A stretch of DNA of 64,000 nucleotides from Rotaria socialis (taxonomy: Eukaryota). A program made the position numbers and the translations under genes. The number at the start of each line of letters is the position of its first letter. Position 1 is the stretch's first letter. Below the pieces are notes generated by a model. That model made no database searches, was not told the origin of the DNA, and was given only the letters and a program-made list of their open reading frames with translations. Of the stretch, positions 14,701 to 29,500 are shown piece after piece. The stretch spans positions 124,001 through 188,000 of the forward strand of contig CAJNYD010000293.1 of assembly GCA_905331295.1 (NCBI GenBank), given 5' to 3'.

Positions 14701-17700
14701 CGACCGAAAGCTAAGCCAATTAAGAAAGAAGTGGTCGCAATTTGGAATGAAGAATTTGACGTTGATCTCCTTTTTTTTTATTCGATTCCAAATTGCGACC
14801 ACTTTTAATTGATTAGTTATCAATATATATGATGATGAGTCGTACTGTAATGACAATGTTGATATATAAGCGTGGGAAAAAAGATTGCTAGTGCATATCA
14901 TACAATGAATACGAACTTTACTTGGTCAACTACCGAAAAAGGTTAAAAGGCTATTCTATACAATAACTATTTATTTCAGTTAAGGCGAGAAAATAAGAAC
15001 AATTCATCACTTTATGTCTGCACTAATAAATGGTGCTCTCGTTCTATAGCATTGAAAAATAATGTAATTATAAAATCCAATGGTGAAAATCATAAGCATG
15101 AACCGAAATTGCCAGAAAATGTTCAAAAAGTTTTGCGTGCTATTTCTCATCGCTACATCCACATTATAAAAGATAGTAGTGATGAGGAATAATTTTCTTT
15201 AGTCTTTTTTGAATAAATTTTTTCCATTAAAAGTATTGACTGATTGATAATTGAAAAGTGGTCGCAATTTGGAATCGAATAAAAAGTCGGATCAACGTAA
15301 AATTCTTCATTTCAAATTGCGACCGTTTTTTCTTAATTGGCTGAATTTTCGGTCGCAATTTGAAAGCTACGAAAATCTGCTATGTCATGATCGATAGTTT
15401 TCTAACCATAATAATCACTGATCATTTTTCTGGTAAGAAGAAAAAAGTTGTTTCATTTTGGAATATATTTAGCCCCTAAACTAGATTAAGTTCAAATCGG
15501 CTGAATTTTTTACTGTGTCAAGTACGCCGGAAATGATAGCGTTCGGTGTTGCGGAAGTAATCTTCAAAAAAAAGCGTTGCCAACATCATGTTATACTAGG
15601 AATTTCATTTATGTTGATAAGATAAACCGGAAAATCTCTTGGAAAATATATAGCCTTATGCATATCTAGTTTTTCATTCAGAAAATTTCTCCATCATATT
15701 CTAATAGATATATGTAAATACAGAATTATTGATTCGATTATAGCAATTTGAATGTTAAGATAACTCATACTCTAGAATATCTATGTAGAATTTTACAGAA
15801 CTACAATCTTTTTCATTTTCCAATGATAGTCACCATAATTTTTGGAAATCAAAAACAATTTGCAGCACGCGTCGTGTCAGTCAGCGACATCATTTGGAAC
15901 TTGTTTGCTTGGCTGCAAGCACAACAAGGATGTAACTCGTGAGGAAAGAGAAGTTGTAGTACCCTTTGCAGGTTTTGAAACTTAAATATCATGTTTCAAA
16001 GGTTTTTTTTTATATTATTACACACCATCTCTAAAACTGAACATCCGTTTAAATCAAAATCTCGTCTAGTCTACACTCTCTAGCGCTTTGAGACCAACAG
16101 AAATGATTAGTCACATGTCATCATTTTCTAATATAACTTATCATTTTCACACTTTGAAAAAACATTAAGGAGTGAAGAGCTGAAATTAGCTCCTATTTTT
16201 ATTAAAAATCGAAGGCAAATACTTGACAGTTCAACCACTTAATTAAAAACTTCAGAAAATCGAAAATATTGCTTTACTTTTCTTCTTATTTCAATTTTAT
16301 ACTCCATTCAGGCAATCAAAAAAAACTGTTATTTCAAAAAATAACCTCTTAAGACTGCGGCATATAACATTGAAGAGCAGAAATTAATCTTCAATGGATT
16401 GTTTGTTTTTGAAATATTGAAAAAAAATCTTTTTTTCTTGAAGTAAAAAAGACTTTTCAGCCTACTTCAAATCAATTTATCGAACGGAATGGTTTTTTTC
16501 ATGATATTTTTCAAGACAGATACACACATAATAATAGGTCAGTTGATCTACAATGCCCTCCTCCTTGACAATTATGAAGCACTAAGTAAACATGAATACT
16601 ACTCATCATAACTTAGTGTGTGTTTAAGCGAGCGTAAGTTCTAAAGGTCAACATTTCTAGTAGAATACGAATACAGAAATCCGCAGGCATATATCTCACA
16701 GAGTGACTAGAACCCATACGTTACACAGAAATACAATTAATGAACTGAATATGAATAATTCCAAGTTGCATTATATTGATTGATATTTCTAAAAAAGAAG
16801 CATATCATTATTATTTCACTAACTATTTATTCGAACACATTATTAATTTTCCATTGATGGAAAAACTAAATTTTAATTTCACTTTATTAGATCTTGAATG
16901 AACAGAATCAATTAATAACGAGCAGTTCATCATCAATTTTAACTAAACTATCTACTACTCATCAGGCATGTTCATGTTTATTTTATTATTGTAAATCAAA
17001 AAAACATTTATTATTTAGTCGAATATATCTCTTTTCTAAACTACAGAGTAAAAATTCTATTTTATCTTCATCATCATCATCATCCTCATCTTTCGATCTT
17101 GATTATTCTCAACCGAAAAGACAAGTAAATACAATGATCAACACATCTTACAAAATCTAATAATAATAATTTCTCTAATAGAAACTGAGTGAAAAACTTT
17201 CCTCAACACAACCGCAAACAAAATTAATTGACAATAAATGTAATCAAACAAGTTGTTCTATTTCTCAATCTACATACGTCAGCGAGTCTAGACACGAAAA
17301 TGGATTTCCCCAAATAACGATAAGTCAATTTATTAAAGATATAAAAAGAAATCTTGAAACGTCTATTGATTCTCCTGAACCAAAACTAAAACTTAGTGCT
17401 CGATTACAATCAAAATATTGTCCAAATACATTTCAAAAGTCATCTTCAATCATCTTTACTAATAAAAATAATCTCTTAAAATCTTCTATATTTCCAACTG
17501 TTCCAAAATGTTTAAATGAATATTCTCAATTAAATTTCAATTCATTACAAAGTAAAAATTCTTTCAAGTTAAATCTTTTTGATTCATCTCTATTTCAATG
17601 GGAAATATTTAATAAAAATCAAAATCAAAATTATTTCTGTCGAAACAATTCCTCACTATTCATTAGTAAATCTAAGCATTCGATAAAATCATTTCTAAAC

Positions 17701-20700
17701 TTTATTCAATCTCAACGCCAATATGTTCCATTGGAATATTCATCATGGAATATTTCATTTTCCGATTATCAACCATTAAATTTTTCATTAAAAAAAAGAA
17801 AAAATTTAAATCAAAATTCAACTATAAAAAATCCTTATGGACGTACAGGTTTATCAGGTCAAAGTTTATTTGATAACTATGGACCAAATCGTTATATCAT
17901 ATCATTAATAATTACCGAAAAGACTAATAAAAAATTTATTCTATTAAACAAAAATAAATTTGATAAATGGGAATTGCCAAAAACAAAAAAACTTAAGAAA
18001 AAAAATATTCATTATCATACACTTGACGTATGTTATTTAGATCATCCATTAAATACAGATGATGCATGGACTGAAGTTGAAATTATTCTTATATCGAAAA
18101 ATCCTTTTAAATTTTTTCATGGAAATAAAACATGGTTTTCAATGAAATATTTAGATAAATTAAATAATATTGAAAAATTCGACTTTGATTTGATTGAATT
18201 TTACACATAGACTGATTCTACAATATTCAATCATTGCCCATCGCACTCGGTCAATAATGTGCCTGAGGCACATTTATCCATTCAGTCTTTAGTACTCAAA
18301 GATCAATTTTTGCTTTTTTTGTTTCTCGCACATTCACTTATCGAATGCATTAGATTTTCAATGACATTCACACATGATTTAACTATGACTAGAAATACAA
18401 ACTTATATTTGTAAAGATGCATGTAAAATCGCATCTCGCTTATTGAATATAGAAGAATAATCAACAATAAATATAAAACCTTGTTGTAATCATCAACATT
18501 GATAAGATCTGTTGTGAAGACATGATCAATAAAGGCATTTTCTTCTTTCACTTTATTCTCGGCCAAGTTTTTCTTTCTATTTTTTTTTCTAGTAAAATAA
18601 GAATTAGTTAGATGTCTGTCACGCACTAAAATAGAGAACGGCAACTTCCGACAAGCATACATACTAAATTGGACAATACTTTGGCTAGTTCTATGTAGAC
18701 GATCGTGACCTATGACATATGGTGATGTAAGAAGAGAAAAAAAACAAGTTTTCCCAGCAGTCAGTAATAGTAAATTAGATACAACATCTTGTTTGAAAAC
18801 ATCACCAGCCGAACAACAATCGATTGAGCTAACCTTATTATACGCTTTAACGCATTGCACAACTCACAGGCATTCATTTATTCATTTAATAAGATCTTCT
18901 AACGAGTGACAAAAAAAGTATCCACCTGAATTGTCAAATAAACTCGTTTATCGACATACAGGATGCGTATATATATATATATATAATAGAAATCTATACG
19001 CAAGTAGACAATTATTGATAGACACATCAATACCACTAACCAGGAGGCAATACAGTAGTTGAGTAAGACTGACTATTATTACTATTACTTCGTCGCTGTA
19101 TGCGTGTGTGAGAAAAAAAGCTAAGAATTGCATAAGAACTCTCATTATTGATTTCTCTATGTTTGCTGGAGTAGGAGTAGTTGTAGTGCTGCTGTTATTG
19201 ATGGTGATGAGCATACATCAGCTAGATAACGTAGTATTTCTTCTATCAAGTTTTTTCTTCTCTCTCTCTCTCTTCTTCATAACAATTATTCCTCTTTAAT
19301 ATATGAGAAAGAGAGATAAATATATAAAAAACACACACACACACACACATACACACACAAAAAGAATAAAGAAAAGTAATGTTTTTTCACATTTTCCTTT
19401 TTTCGGAGCATTAGGGGCGTGTCCAGTGATGATGATCATCATGATCAATCACTTTGCATTCATATACACGCTAAGTAATCTCTTCTATCATAATATCTAT
19501 ACTCAAATTATAAATAACACAATGCTAAGAAGAGCAAAAAGAAGCAAATGAGGGGGGGAAAAGAAAAGAAAAGAAAAGAAAAGAGAAGACATGAAGAATG
19601 ATTAGGATTTTATTTTGTTTTGTTTCACTCACGAAAATCTTCTTTGGATACTGTAAATATGTATGGTACACTTGGTTTTCCATCGCCTTTTTTCGTAAAG
19701 GCTTTTACTTGTGCATGATACGTTGTACCAGGTGTTAAATTACCGACAATATCCCAATATTGTGTACCAATGGTACCTTCATAATTGCGATGAACAATAG
19801 GCGGTTGCATTGATAATGGTGCAAAAACGATAACATAAAAGCCTTTTATCATTCCACCGAGTAATGAGATATCATCGGGATTATTTTTATCGAGTGGATA
19901 TATCCATGATATATTAGCCGTTGTTTGATTTATCATATAAGCGCTAACATTAATCGGTGCAACAAGTGGAACTAAAATTGACAATAAGACGAATATTGAC
20001 CACAGCCACATCCGAATTGCTTGACTGGCTGGTTGGCGTTGTTCAAAACAGATCGAGCAGATCTACGACAACCGACTGTTTCTTTTCTCCTTTTCTTGTC
20101 GTCTCTCTCGTTCTTTCTTTCACATCCACCACCAACTCTATCCGAAATTATTTTCCCTTCTTTTTGCTCTCTCACTCTTTTCTTCTCTTGCATTGTCTCT
20201 CTTGCTCTCTCGTTACACACACTCTCTCTCCTTCGCTGTCTTCTCCTATCGTTATATACTCTGAAATAACCATCGTAGGAAAAAAAAGAAGAACAGTTTA
20301 TTCTATTTATTTCATCATCTTTTCTTCGACGACGAGGACTTCTTCATTAGAAGATCTCCACCCTCCTATATATATATATATATACATACATTACAAATGA
20401 GAATGAAGGAACACGTCTCACTGATATGTTATTTGAGAAATTATCGTTTCCGACGATCATCCGATACCGAGCTCAAGCTCGTAAAACACGCTAACGAAAA
20501 AATTGAGTAATATATTTACTCAGTATTAGTTGTTCATTCTTCTATTTTCACAATAATAAACATATATATATATATTATTTTTCTATTCCATTTTCACATA
20601 TTCTGTGGTCTATTGACGATCATCGAATCTATCAAGATATTCAAGTGTTAAACTGTCATATAAATGAATGAAAGAACAACACATTCTTGTACGTAAATAG

Positions 20701-22435
20701 ACGACAAGACATTGATGATGTATTTATTAATTGTGGCATTTCAAATAGTATTGATATATCCGATGGGACAGATAGAATGGACAGTTGTCCGTCTGTCTGA
20801 CCATTAGGGTTACTAATGAAATGGATAGTAAGGAAGACGAGATCAATTGCTACTGTCATTCTAAATTAGCTGATTAATTCTTCTCATTTAAATATGAGAA
20901 CATCAGTTAGATCATTCTATGATTTCTTTTATTTTTTTTTCTTTTGAAATAACTCATCATTATGCTTGTCAGCTGTTTGTAACGCATAAAAAAGTACAAG
21001 TGAAAGGTAGTATGTGAGTTTTAAGTGCTAGAGAGTTACCTGCTCTTTCATCATTTCTCATGCTATTTTATGAACCAGCGCACAAGTGAAATGTAGAAGG
21101 AAATGAACCTTGGATGTGTCATCTTCCGCTAACAAAATGTAGTTATCTTCTGTGTTGCAATGCAATCAGGCATAGATGACACTTGTTTTTCTTCTCTTTG
21201 CGCTTCTCTCGTTTTTTTCTTTTTTTTTTATTAAGAGGTTTTTCAAAACTTGTTACTGTTACTAATACTATATTCATTTGTCGTCCGTAATAAAACTGAC
21301 TATCTGTAGCATCTATATTGATTCTCTTCTTTTGTAAAAAGCCGCAGCTCTACATAATTGGAGAAAAAAAAAGGTTAAATTATCACTAATAACATTGAAG
21401 AAGCAAAAATTGATGACCACACAACTTGTGTCTACTCTATTGGGGATAATGCTTTCTTCTTGTTTTTCTTTTCTTGATCACAAGTTCATGATATCGAATC
21501 GATAAAAACTTTCTTCGTAGAATGATCCTAATAGATTGTCTATTCTTCGATTTTGCTACTATTTTTACTGCTTGAATAGTCACATAGACACATATGTTTA
21601 ATGGTTCAACGAAGCAGGTGCGTTACTCTTTAATAGAATTCAATATAACCAATAAAGAAATCTTATTAAGTATTCCATGTAGATTATAGAGTTACTACTA
21701 TCCGATAGCATACATAGAATTCAATTTCTTCGTCTTTTTCTATTTTGAATGCTGATGAAAGGAATTTCATATGCTTTAGAGTTCTTCAAATACTTAGCTT
21801 GACATATATGTCAATTCATAGTGAGAAAAGAGTAGGTTCAATTGATGATTATTAGTGAGAAAATGTGTGTTTTTCTCATGTTAGATCATTTTATTATTAT
21901 AAGTAAGGCATGGATAGAAAAAAAAAAGTAAAAGTATGTAGACTATTCTCTAATTAATTTATCCGCAAGTTTTCTAATGAAAAGAATTTTTCTTAGAAAG
22001 TTATGTGATAGTTAAATGAATATGTTTTATTTTTTTTTCTTTCGCTAAAAGAATCTAGAACGTAATCAAGTCTCATCTTGTCACTTCTATAAGACTGAAT
22101 TAATGGCAATAAAAAAAGAAAGACGATTAGGTTTACGTTGTCGGTATGGTCGAATTTTTTTTCTGCTCAAACGCAAGAAAAGTAAAAAAAAAGTACAAAA
22201 ATAACTTGAAGCTTTTTTTTTTAATTGGATGTTTATTTTTAAACAAACTATCTTTGGTGTTAATGAGAAACAAGGAAAAAAGCAGTACGAAATCGGATTT
22301 TATTTTTCCTCATTACACTTCAAGTAACCGAAAAATTCATTTGACATATGAACATCTATCATATGATTATTGATAATCGAAAATATAATATTCTACGTTT
22401 ATCAATCAATCAATATGATTGTCAAAAACGAAACG

Positions 22436-22474
<39 letters not shown>

Positions 22475-23504
22475 ATCTACTTTATTCATTTTAATTGAAC
22501 AAAGATATGTTCCAGTCTATCAAGTGTATGAGAAAGCGAATTAAAAGTAGTATTCATATGTTACTCATAAAAAGCTATTTTCTCAATAGAACAAAAGAAA
22601 AATATTACAAATACTGCTTGAAGGTACGTAATAGCAATCAGTAAATAACCATTAGTATTTTATTATTCGCATGAAATTCGAACACTTGCAAGATACTTAA
22701 CATGAATATTCGATATTTGATGATTCAAAAGGATACGATTGCAATTATATCTATAGAACCTCTCAACGATCGATCATATATATATATATATATATATTCT
22801 ATGGAAGTTATAAAATTGTGTTAATCTTGAACATAGAAACTAATAATTATGTTTTTTTTTCTTTTTATTCATTAATTTTGTAATTTGCTGAAATTTCTAA
22901 TATGTGGAAATCTATATCAAATATTAACTCTACGTATAGTATTTCGTAATATTAATCCTAACAATTCGCACGAGAAATAAAAAAAAGAGTTGCGTATCCA
23001 ATTATCAGGCCAACATAAGAAAAAAAACTTGAGCCTAAAAGCGTAAATTTTTTTTTGTAATCTGAGAAAATATGATATCTATTATTTTTTTCAAGGATAA
23101 CAAGAAAATGATTTGGCTAATATTTCTCATTTATTGTTTCATGATGATATCTTCTTCAAATTTTCAAATAGTTTGTTTTTGTAATAATTGATTTGAAATT
23201 TTCGTTCCACCGAGAAGCTCTTGTTATACAAATGCAATTTTGTTCGAGCTTCGATCTTATGATTAAACTAATACTGCGCCTCGGTGTATATTATTGATTC
23301 TTTATTCTACATCAAACTAATATAACTGTTTATATAGAAACCCTTTTATTCAACTTAAATTCAAATAGAATATTAAGTTTGAAAAATTCTAATCTTAAAA
23401 AAAAACCCTATGAATAATCAATCAAATATTACATTGAATGATATATTTGATAGTCAAAAGCGAAAGATCTAACATAAATAATGAAATAAAAAATGAATGA
23501 ATGA

Positions 23505-23536
<32 letters not shown>

Positions 23537-26500
23537 AAAAAAGAATCTCTGTGAGATGTTTTAAGAACTTATTTAATCAGTGATATAAAAAATTTCCATA
23601 TTTCTTGACATTTTTTGTTTTCTAATCAATTTTCTTCTATAAATTATTGAATAACAAATGTAATCTGAATATTGTCTTCTCAAGTATTGATCTTTATGAA
23701 AACAAAAGGATAAATAAAACTAACGAAAATCTTCAAGTGTGCTCAATTGAAAATTCATTACCGATCAAAGCTTTCTTAAACATAAGACAGTCGTTACTTT
23801 ATATGATTTCATTAAGTCTATCACATAAAAGTGCTTCTTTTTCTTCGTTTTTTGTGTATATCTGTCTAGACTTCACCATTACCAGTCAGTCAAGCATTAT
23901 TTTATTTAAACAGGAAGTTACCTGTTTCATCTGTTGTTACTTCAATACGTGTTAATGGGCCGGATGAATCTGTGTATGATGAATTTAAATAGGCTTGTAA
24001 AATAATTTCATATTTTGTTATCGGGCGAAGTTCACTTAAAAATATCTCCGTTCGATTTGTTTGTTTTACCATCCATGGTTGATTTGAATTTACTGCGCGA
24101 TATTTTATTGTATAACCATAGATTGGTGAAGATAAACGTGTGGGTTTTGTCCATGATAAACGTATAAAATCTTTATCAGTGGCTAATACGCGAACATTAT
24201 TTGGGACTTGAGCGAAATTATTTGTTATTAAAATTAATATTGGATACAAAATAATTAAAGCGAACATTTTATTAATCGAGAAAACAAAGAGACAAGAAAA
24301 GAAAAGATTATCTAGACAATATCATGGATTAGAAATAATCGTTTACTAATAAATGGACAAGGGTGTTAAAAGCAAATAGGAAAAAATGATGATTTTTTGC
24401 AATCAATCTGTTTTTCTGACATATAAAAAATAAGCAAAGGGAAGGAAGTAGAATAGAAGACGCACAACCTCGATCATCATCGTCTATGCGGTCCGAGGAG
24501 AGAGAGAGAGAGAGAGAAATATTGCTTTAACTTAATTGCGTTGTCCTCGATACATACTGTTGATCCTACATAGGTCGAATGACGAAAAAAAAATGAGAGA
24601 ACGGAGAAAAAAGAAGAAAAAAGGAATAAGAAGATTGTTATATTGAGCGATAGTCGGTCTAATTAGTCAAACATGATTTAAACTTATATCTTTCAATACA
24701 TACAATTAATAAAACACTTGTTTTCGCACATAGACCTACTAATCCATTGATTTGTTAACGCTGCAGCCTTTTAATAATGAAGTTTCTTTAAACAAGAAAA
24801 TCAGTTGCATGTAACACATTTTACATGAAATTAGCTCCCATTTTTTTACTAGATAAATTTAGTTTAGTATTCCATATATTTGTTTCACACAATATGAAAA
24901 TGTCTTCTCTTTTTTGATAATGGCATGCTGAGTATGCAGATGCTCATTAGTCGTTGAGCACCTGCTTTTTATAAAGCTGTACAGCACGCATACTGTGAAT
25001 AGTAAAACCAAAAAAAGAAGAAAAACCAAACCGCATTTAGAACAAGTGAAAGTGAAAACAAACGTGTCACTTATCTTTGGTTAACGTTGACATCCATCAA
25101 CTTGATTGTTTCCACTTTTGTTCTCTTTCCTAGTTTTTTTTCCCGGTCATTATCATTTCTTCGCTTCTTGTCTTTAATTACTAACTTTTACAATATTTCG
25201 AGTAGATTTCTTTTTGTTCATACGCTCGCTTTACATCATTTGTCGGTTCATCAAAAAACATTGACGCTTACATACAATATAATTATTATCTCTTCATTAA
25301 TAATCAAACAATCATATAAATAAAAAGAATCTAACAGCTAAACCGATCAGACACACATCGAACTACACTCATATGAGAAAATCATAAGAGATAGGGAGAA
25401 AAAAAATGTTTAGCCTTGACATATAATTTCCATTATAGAATCAATCGATTTGAATATATATATATATATACATATATGCATGTACTTGAGAATCAGAAAA
25501 AAATTTGCATATCCTACCATGTTTTCTTGTTACAGTACAATAAATAGCTGGTTGCGTCATCGATAAATGATTTTGATTTTGATCAATAACAGCCAAGTTT
25601 AATCTTAATATATGATAAGAATTATAATTTAAATTAAACAATGAACTATTAAATTCATATTTATATAGATCATAAGATTCGTGTTTATGTATTGATAAAA
25701 AGCTAATCGGAATTATTAATTGCCGTATTAAATCATCATTATTTTCTGTTACATCCATATAATATAAGATATATTTATTTATATAAAAACGTGATTCATA
25801 ATCAATAGTCCATTGAATAGAAAATAACTGATTTATATCATTTGGTGAACATTGAAATTTATCTATGGTTGATATTAAATGATGATTCGTTAAGCTACGA
25901 TTAATTATGTGAAAATCACTTAATATTGAACCTTTCGCATTAATGCTGGCAACACGGACAAAAAGAAGATTTAATTTTGACATCATAAATTCTAATACAT
26001 AAAATGGATATGTTCGAACAATTTTTTGTGACCATTGATCGAATGGTATTGATGTATTTGTTGTATAATAGAGAATGTAATACTAAAATAGTAAATAAAT
26101 AGATGCTATAAAACAATTCATCAAATATGTTATTTATTTATTCACAATGATTAGACATGATAATTGATTCACTTAATGATGTCTATATACTGGGAACGAA
26201 ATAATAGATAAGTCGATCTATCAACACATTGAAATATCAAAACATTTATCCTAATTCAAATAAATGAATCCCGTGAGAATTTTGATGTGAAGAAAAATTT
26301 TCATTTTGCCCTTGTGGAGTGCTAGCTTTTAGCTTTTTCTTTTTAACTTCCCTCTTAATTCCCAAAAGAAAATTGTCAATCTTAGTTAAGAATTCTTTCA
26401 ATCATTCACATGTTTAATTGGCTCTTGAAAACTTTTAATAAATCCTTTCTTTCGTTTTCTAAGACAATTAGTCAAAACATACTTCACTGCTTAAATACTT

Positions 26501-29500
26501 TTATCTATTGAGACACTGAAGTGAGTAATGGTTTTCTGTTTTCAATGTAAGACAATTGATAGCATAAGATTCCAACTACTATTTTATGAATGAAACAATG
26601 ATATAACAAGCGTAGTGACCTTCTCCGTCTCTCTCTGGAAAAGAGGCACCCCTTGTCGAATTAATGTGCCGGATGTCGTGGAAACCCTCCACTTTTCTTC
26701 TAATCAGCGGACTTCTCAACAATTGAAATTTTAATCAGAATATTTACATAAAATTATACCCGTCCTTTTTTTTTTATAAAATCATGCTTTAAAAATAAAT
26801 TGATCAAAATAGAAGAGCCCAAGGTGTTCTATTACAGATTGTGTTCACTACTTCTAATTTCAATTAATCTAGTAAATATCACAATAGATTCTTTCAAATA
26901 AAATAACATGTTAAATTAATTCCCTAAAACATGCAGTCGAGCATAGAAAAACATGTCTCCAAAAAACAATGTTTTCTTTTGTTCTGATCACTACCTCTAT
27001 AACAACAAATCTAATGAATTCCCTAGAAAATTGGCGACATAAACATGATCACGCTGTTCTCAATCCTCAAACAACATGTTTTTGTTTGTAGTTTAAATGT
27101 CATAATGTACTGAAAAATCTAAATAGTAACTATTAAAATTTTATGTATAATAAGAAATCAGCAATTATTTCTAATTATTTAAACTATTTCTAATTCCGAT
27201 AAAACTACAATTTCAATGTTTGTAGAATTATAATTGCAATAACTCAATAAAGCTTTTATTTTCTTACAAAATTAGGTCCATTAGTAGAATTTGGCGGTGT
27301 CCAATGAACAACTATCGAAGTTTCATTCCAAACATAACCATGAAGATTATCAATTTTATCTGGTATTGTTTCAAGTGTTTTAATAATAATAGAATTTGAA
27401 TAAGCTGATGGTGTAGCACCAATAAAACCTTTAAGTCGAAATTCATATTTTGTATATGGAATCAAATCCATTACCTAAATTTAGAGAAAAACAAAAGAAA
27501 CATTTTAAAACAGAAAGTTCTCTTTCTTAGCGATATCGTTTACTCGAAATGTAAAACTATAACGTGTTGTACGTGGATCAATAAGGACTTGTTTATAATC
27601 TTCTACCTTGATAGTATCATTTATTTCTTCTTTATCACTATCATCAGAATGATGTAAGCGTCTATAATATATGATAAAATGATTGAAACGATCATAACGT
27701 CCATTTGACACACGCCATTTGAGTAAAACACTATGACTTTGAATATCACTATAGCTTAATAATGGCTTTGTTTGATTATCTATTGACGAATAAATTTAAA
27801 AAAATGCCTTTCAATTAAAATATCCTATTTTTTTCCTCCTAATACACACCTGGTATAATAACAGTAATAAAAATTTTAGTTAAACCATGCTTATTTTTTG
27901 CTTCACAAATATATTTATTCACACCATGCATTTCATTATCAAATTTAAGTAGAACACGCGCAGAATTACGTGCAAGAAGACTCGAATCTGATGCTGACAT
28001 AGAGAAAAAATATTTTATAAGTCAAAGTATTTAACCTAAAGAACAAAATAGGAAACCTCGAATCCAATTAACTTCAGGTTCTGGATAGCCATCAGCCACA
28101 CAGATAAGTTCTCTTATTCCATCATGTTGAAGATCAATGCGACTATGATTAAGAAGATTATCGCGTATACGAGGAAGTATCATGCGTTCTAAAGACTATC
28201 GAAATATATTCACATGCCACAAAAAAAAAACAGAAGAAAACAAAGAACAAGCATCATCATCATCATCATCCTTTTTTTTCTTCCCCAGTGTATTTAATTA
28301 CCTGTAACAATCAATGAACGTCTACTAGAAAATGATCGACCAAGAGTATTTGATGCTATACAAATATAATCACCATCATCTACGAGTTCAACTGGATGGA
28401 TGAACAAAGAACCTAAGGTGTCAAAAAGAAAAAAACAATAAGTGTCTGATTTTGAATGAAAGAGACATGTCACTATAAGCAAGAAAAGATCCCGTCTTTG
28501 ATTGTAATTAAAATACTAAGAATATGATTCCTCGTTTTACCTATAGTTAAATTAATCTTACTTATGAGTATTTACTCTCTTTTGATATATCTTTTTTTCG
28601 AAGTTAATCTAATTAACTCGGAGTCAAATTATGACTGAACCCTATTGTCGAATGATGACTTTTTATCAAGGCTATGAAGTCAGCGAAGAATTTTGCTTCT
28701 GTTTTATTTCAAAATAGATAAATTATTATTTATTATGCATGTTAAGACATAATTCAGCTTCTTGATCATTTTCTCTAACAATATACCACAGAAAACAGCA
28801 GGCCAATTATTTTTGTCCTCATTTCTTTTTCATTAATATCTACATGATAGATGATAGTAAAAGAAATTTGTCATCTGCTATACATTTGAACTCGACATAT
28901 ATTCGGTGTAAATTACAAGAAAAATCATTATCTGTTCAAAATAATTAATTGTCAAAGTTCAAAAAGAAAATAGTTTACGTACTTGAATATTTTGTTTCTT
29001 CTACTTTTATTCGAGTATCATTAATGTCAATAAAACGAATTGTTTTTATTTTTTCGGATTGTTCTGTATCTGATATGTTTTTTAAATGTATCCATAGAAA
29101 ATGAATTGGATATGAACTTTGTACAGATTGACATTTCGTAAAAAACGAGCCACCTATTTGTATTCGTTTACCAAATGATGTTACATCATTTTCATCGAGA
29201 ATAAATGGTACATTATGTTTTATTGCTAATTTACCTAATTCTTTTTCATTGTACAAACCCATCGATTCGTCATTATCATCGATATCATTTGTTGGTAATT
29301 TAACATCAATATAACCTGACGATGTTAGCTCATATGTTGAATTTATATTTACATGACATGAATATTTTCCAATATACATATCAGGCTCTTTAATAACGAG
29401 CACGCTTGTCGATGTACCATAATAGAAATCGAAACAATCGGAATTATTAAATAGACGTTTACAGTATGTATCGGTGTCGTTGCTTGAATCATACAATGCT

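Noticed and set aside
16166..16352. Possible TTAAG-ended MITE
   Set aside because: The terminal match is too short and imperfect to support.
17731..18210. Functional link between the NUDT9-like gene and the PARP fusion (ADP-ribose writer/eraser pair)
   Set aside because: They are 40 kb apart in different genomic contexts, and eukaryotic proximity alone is not evidence.
18303..18860. 185-aa minus-strand ORF in the LAR intron
   Set aside because: It has no domain signal, no FN3 pattern and no compatible splice sites. It is probably a chance ORF.
18948..19214. [19 protein letters not shown] as a further LAR signal-peptide exon
   Set aside because: The nearest donor is phase 0 whereas the downstream LAR acceptors are phase 1. 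There is no convincing compatible splice.
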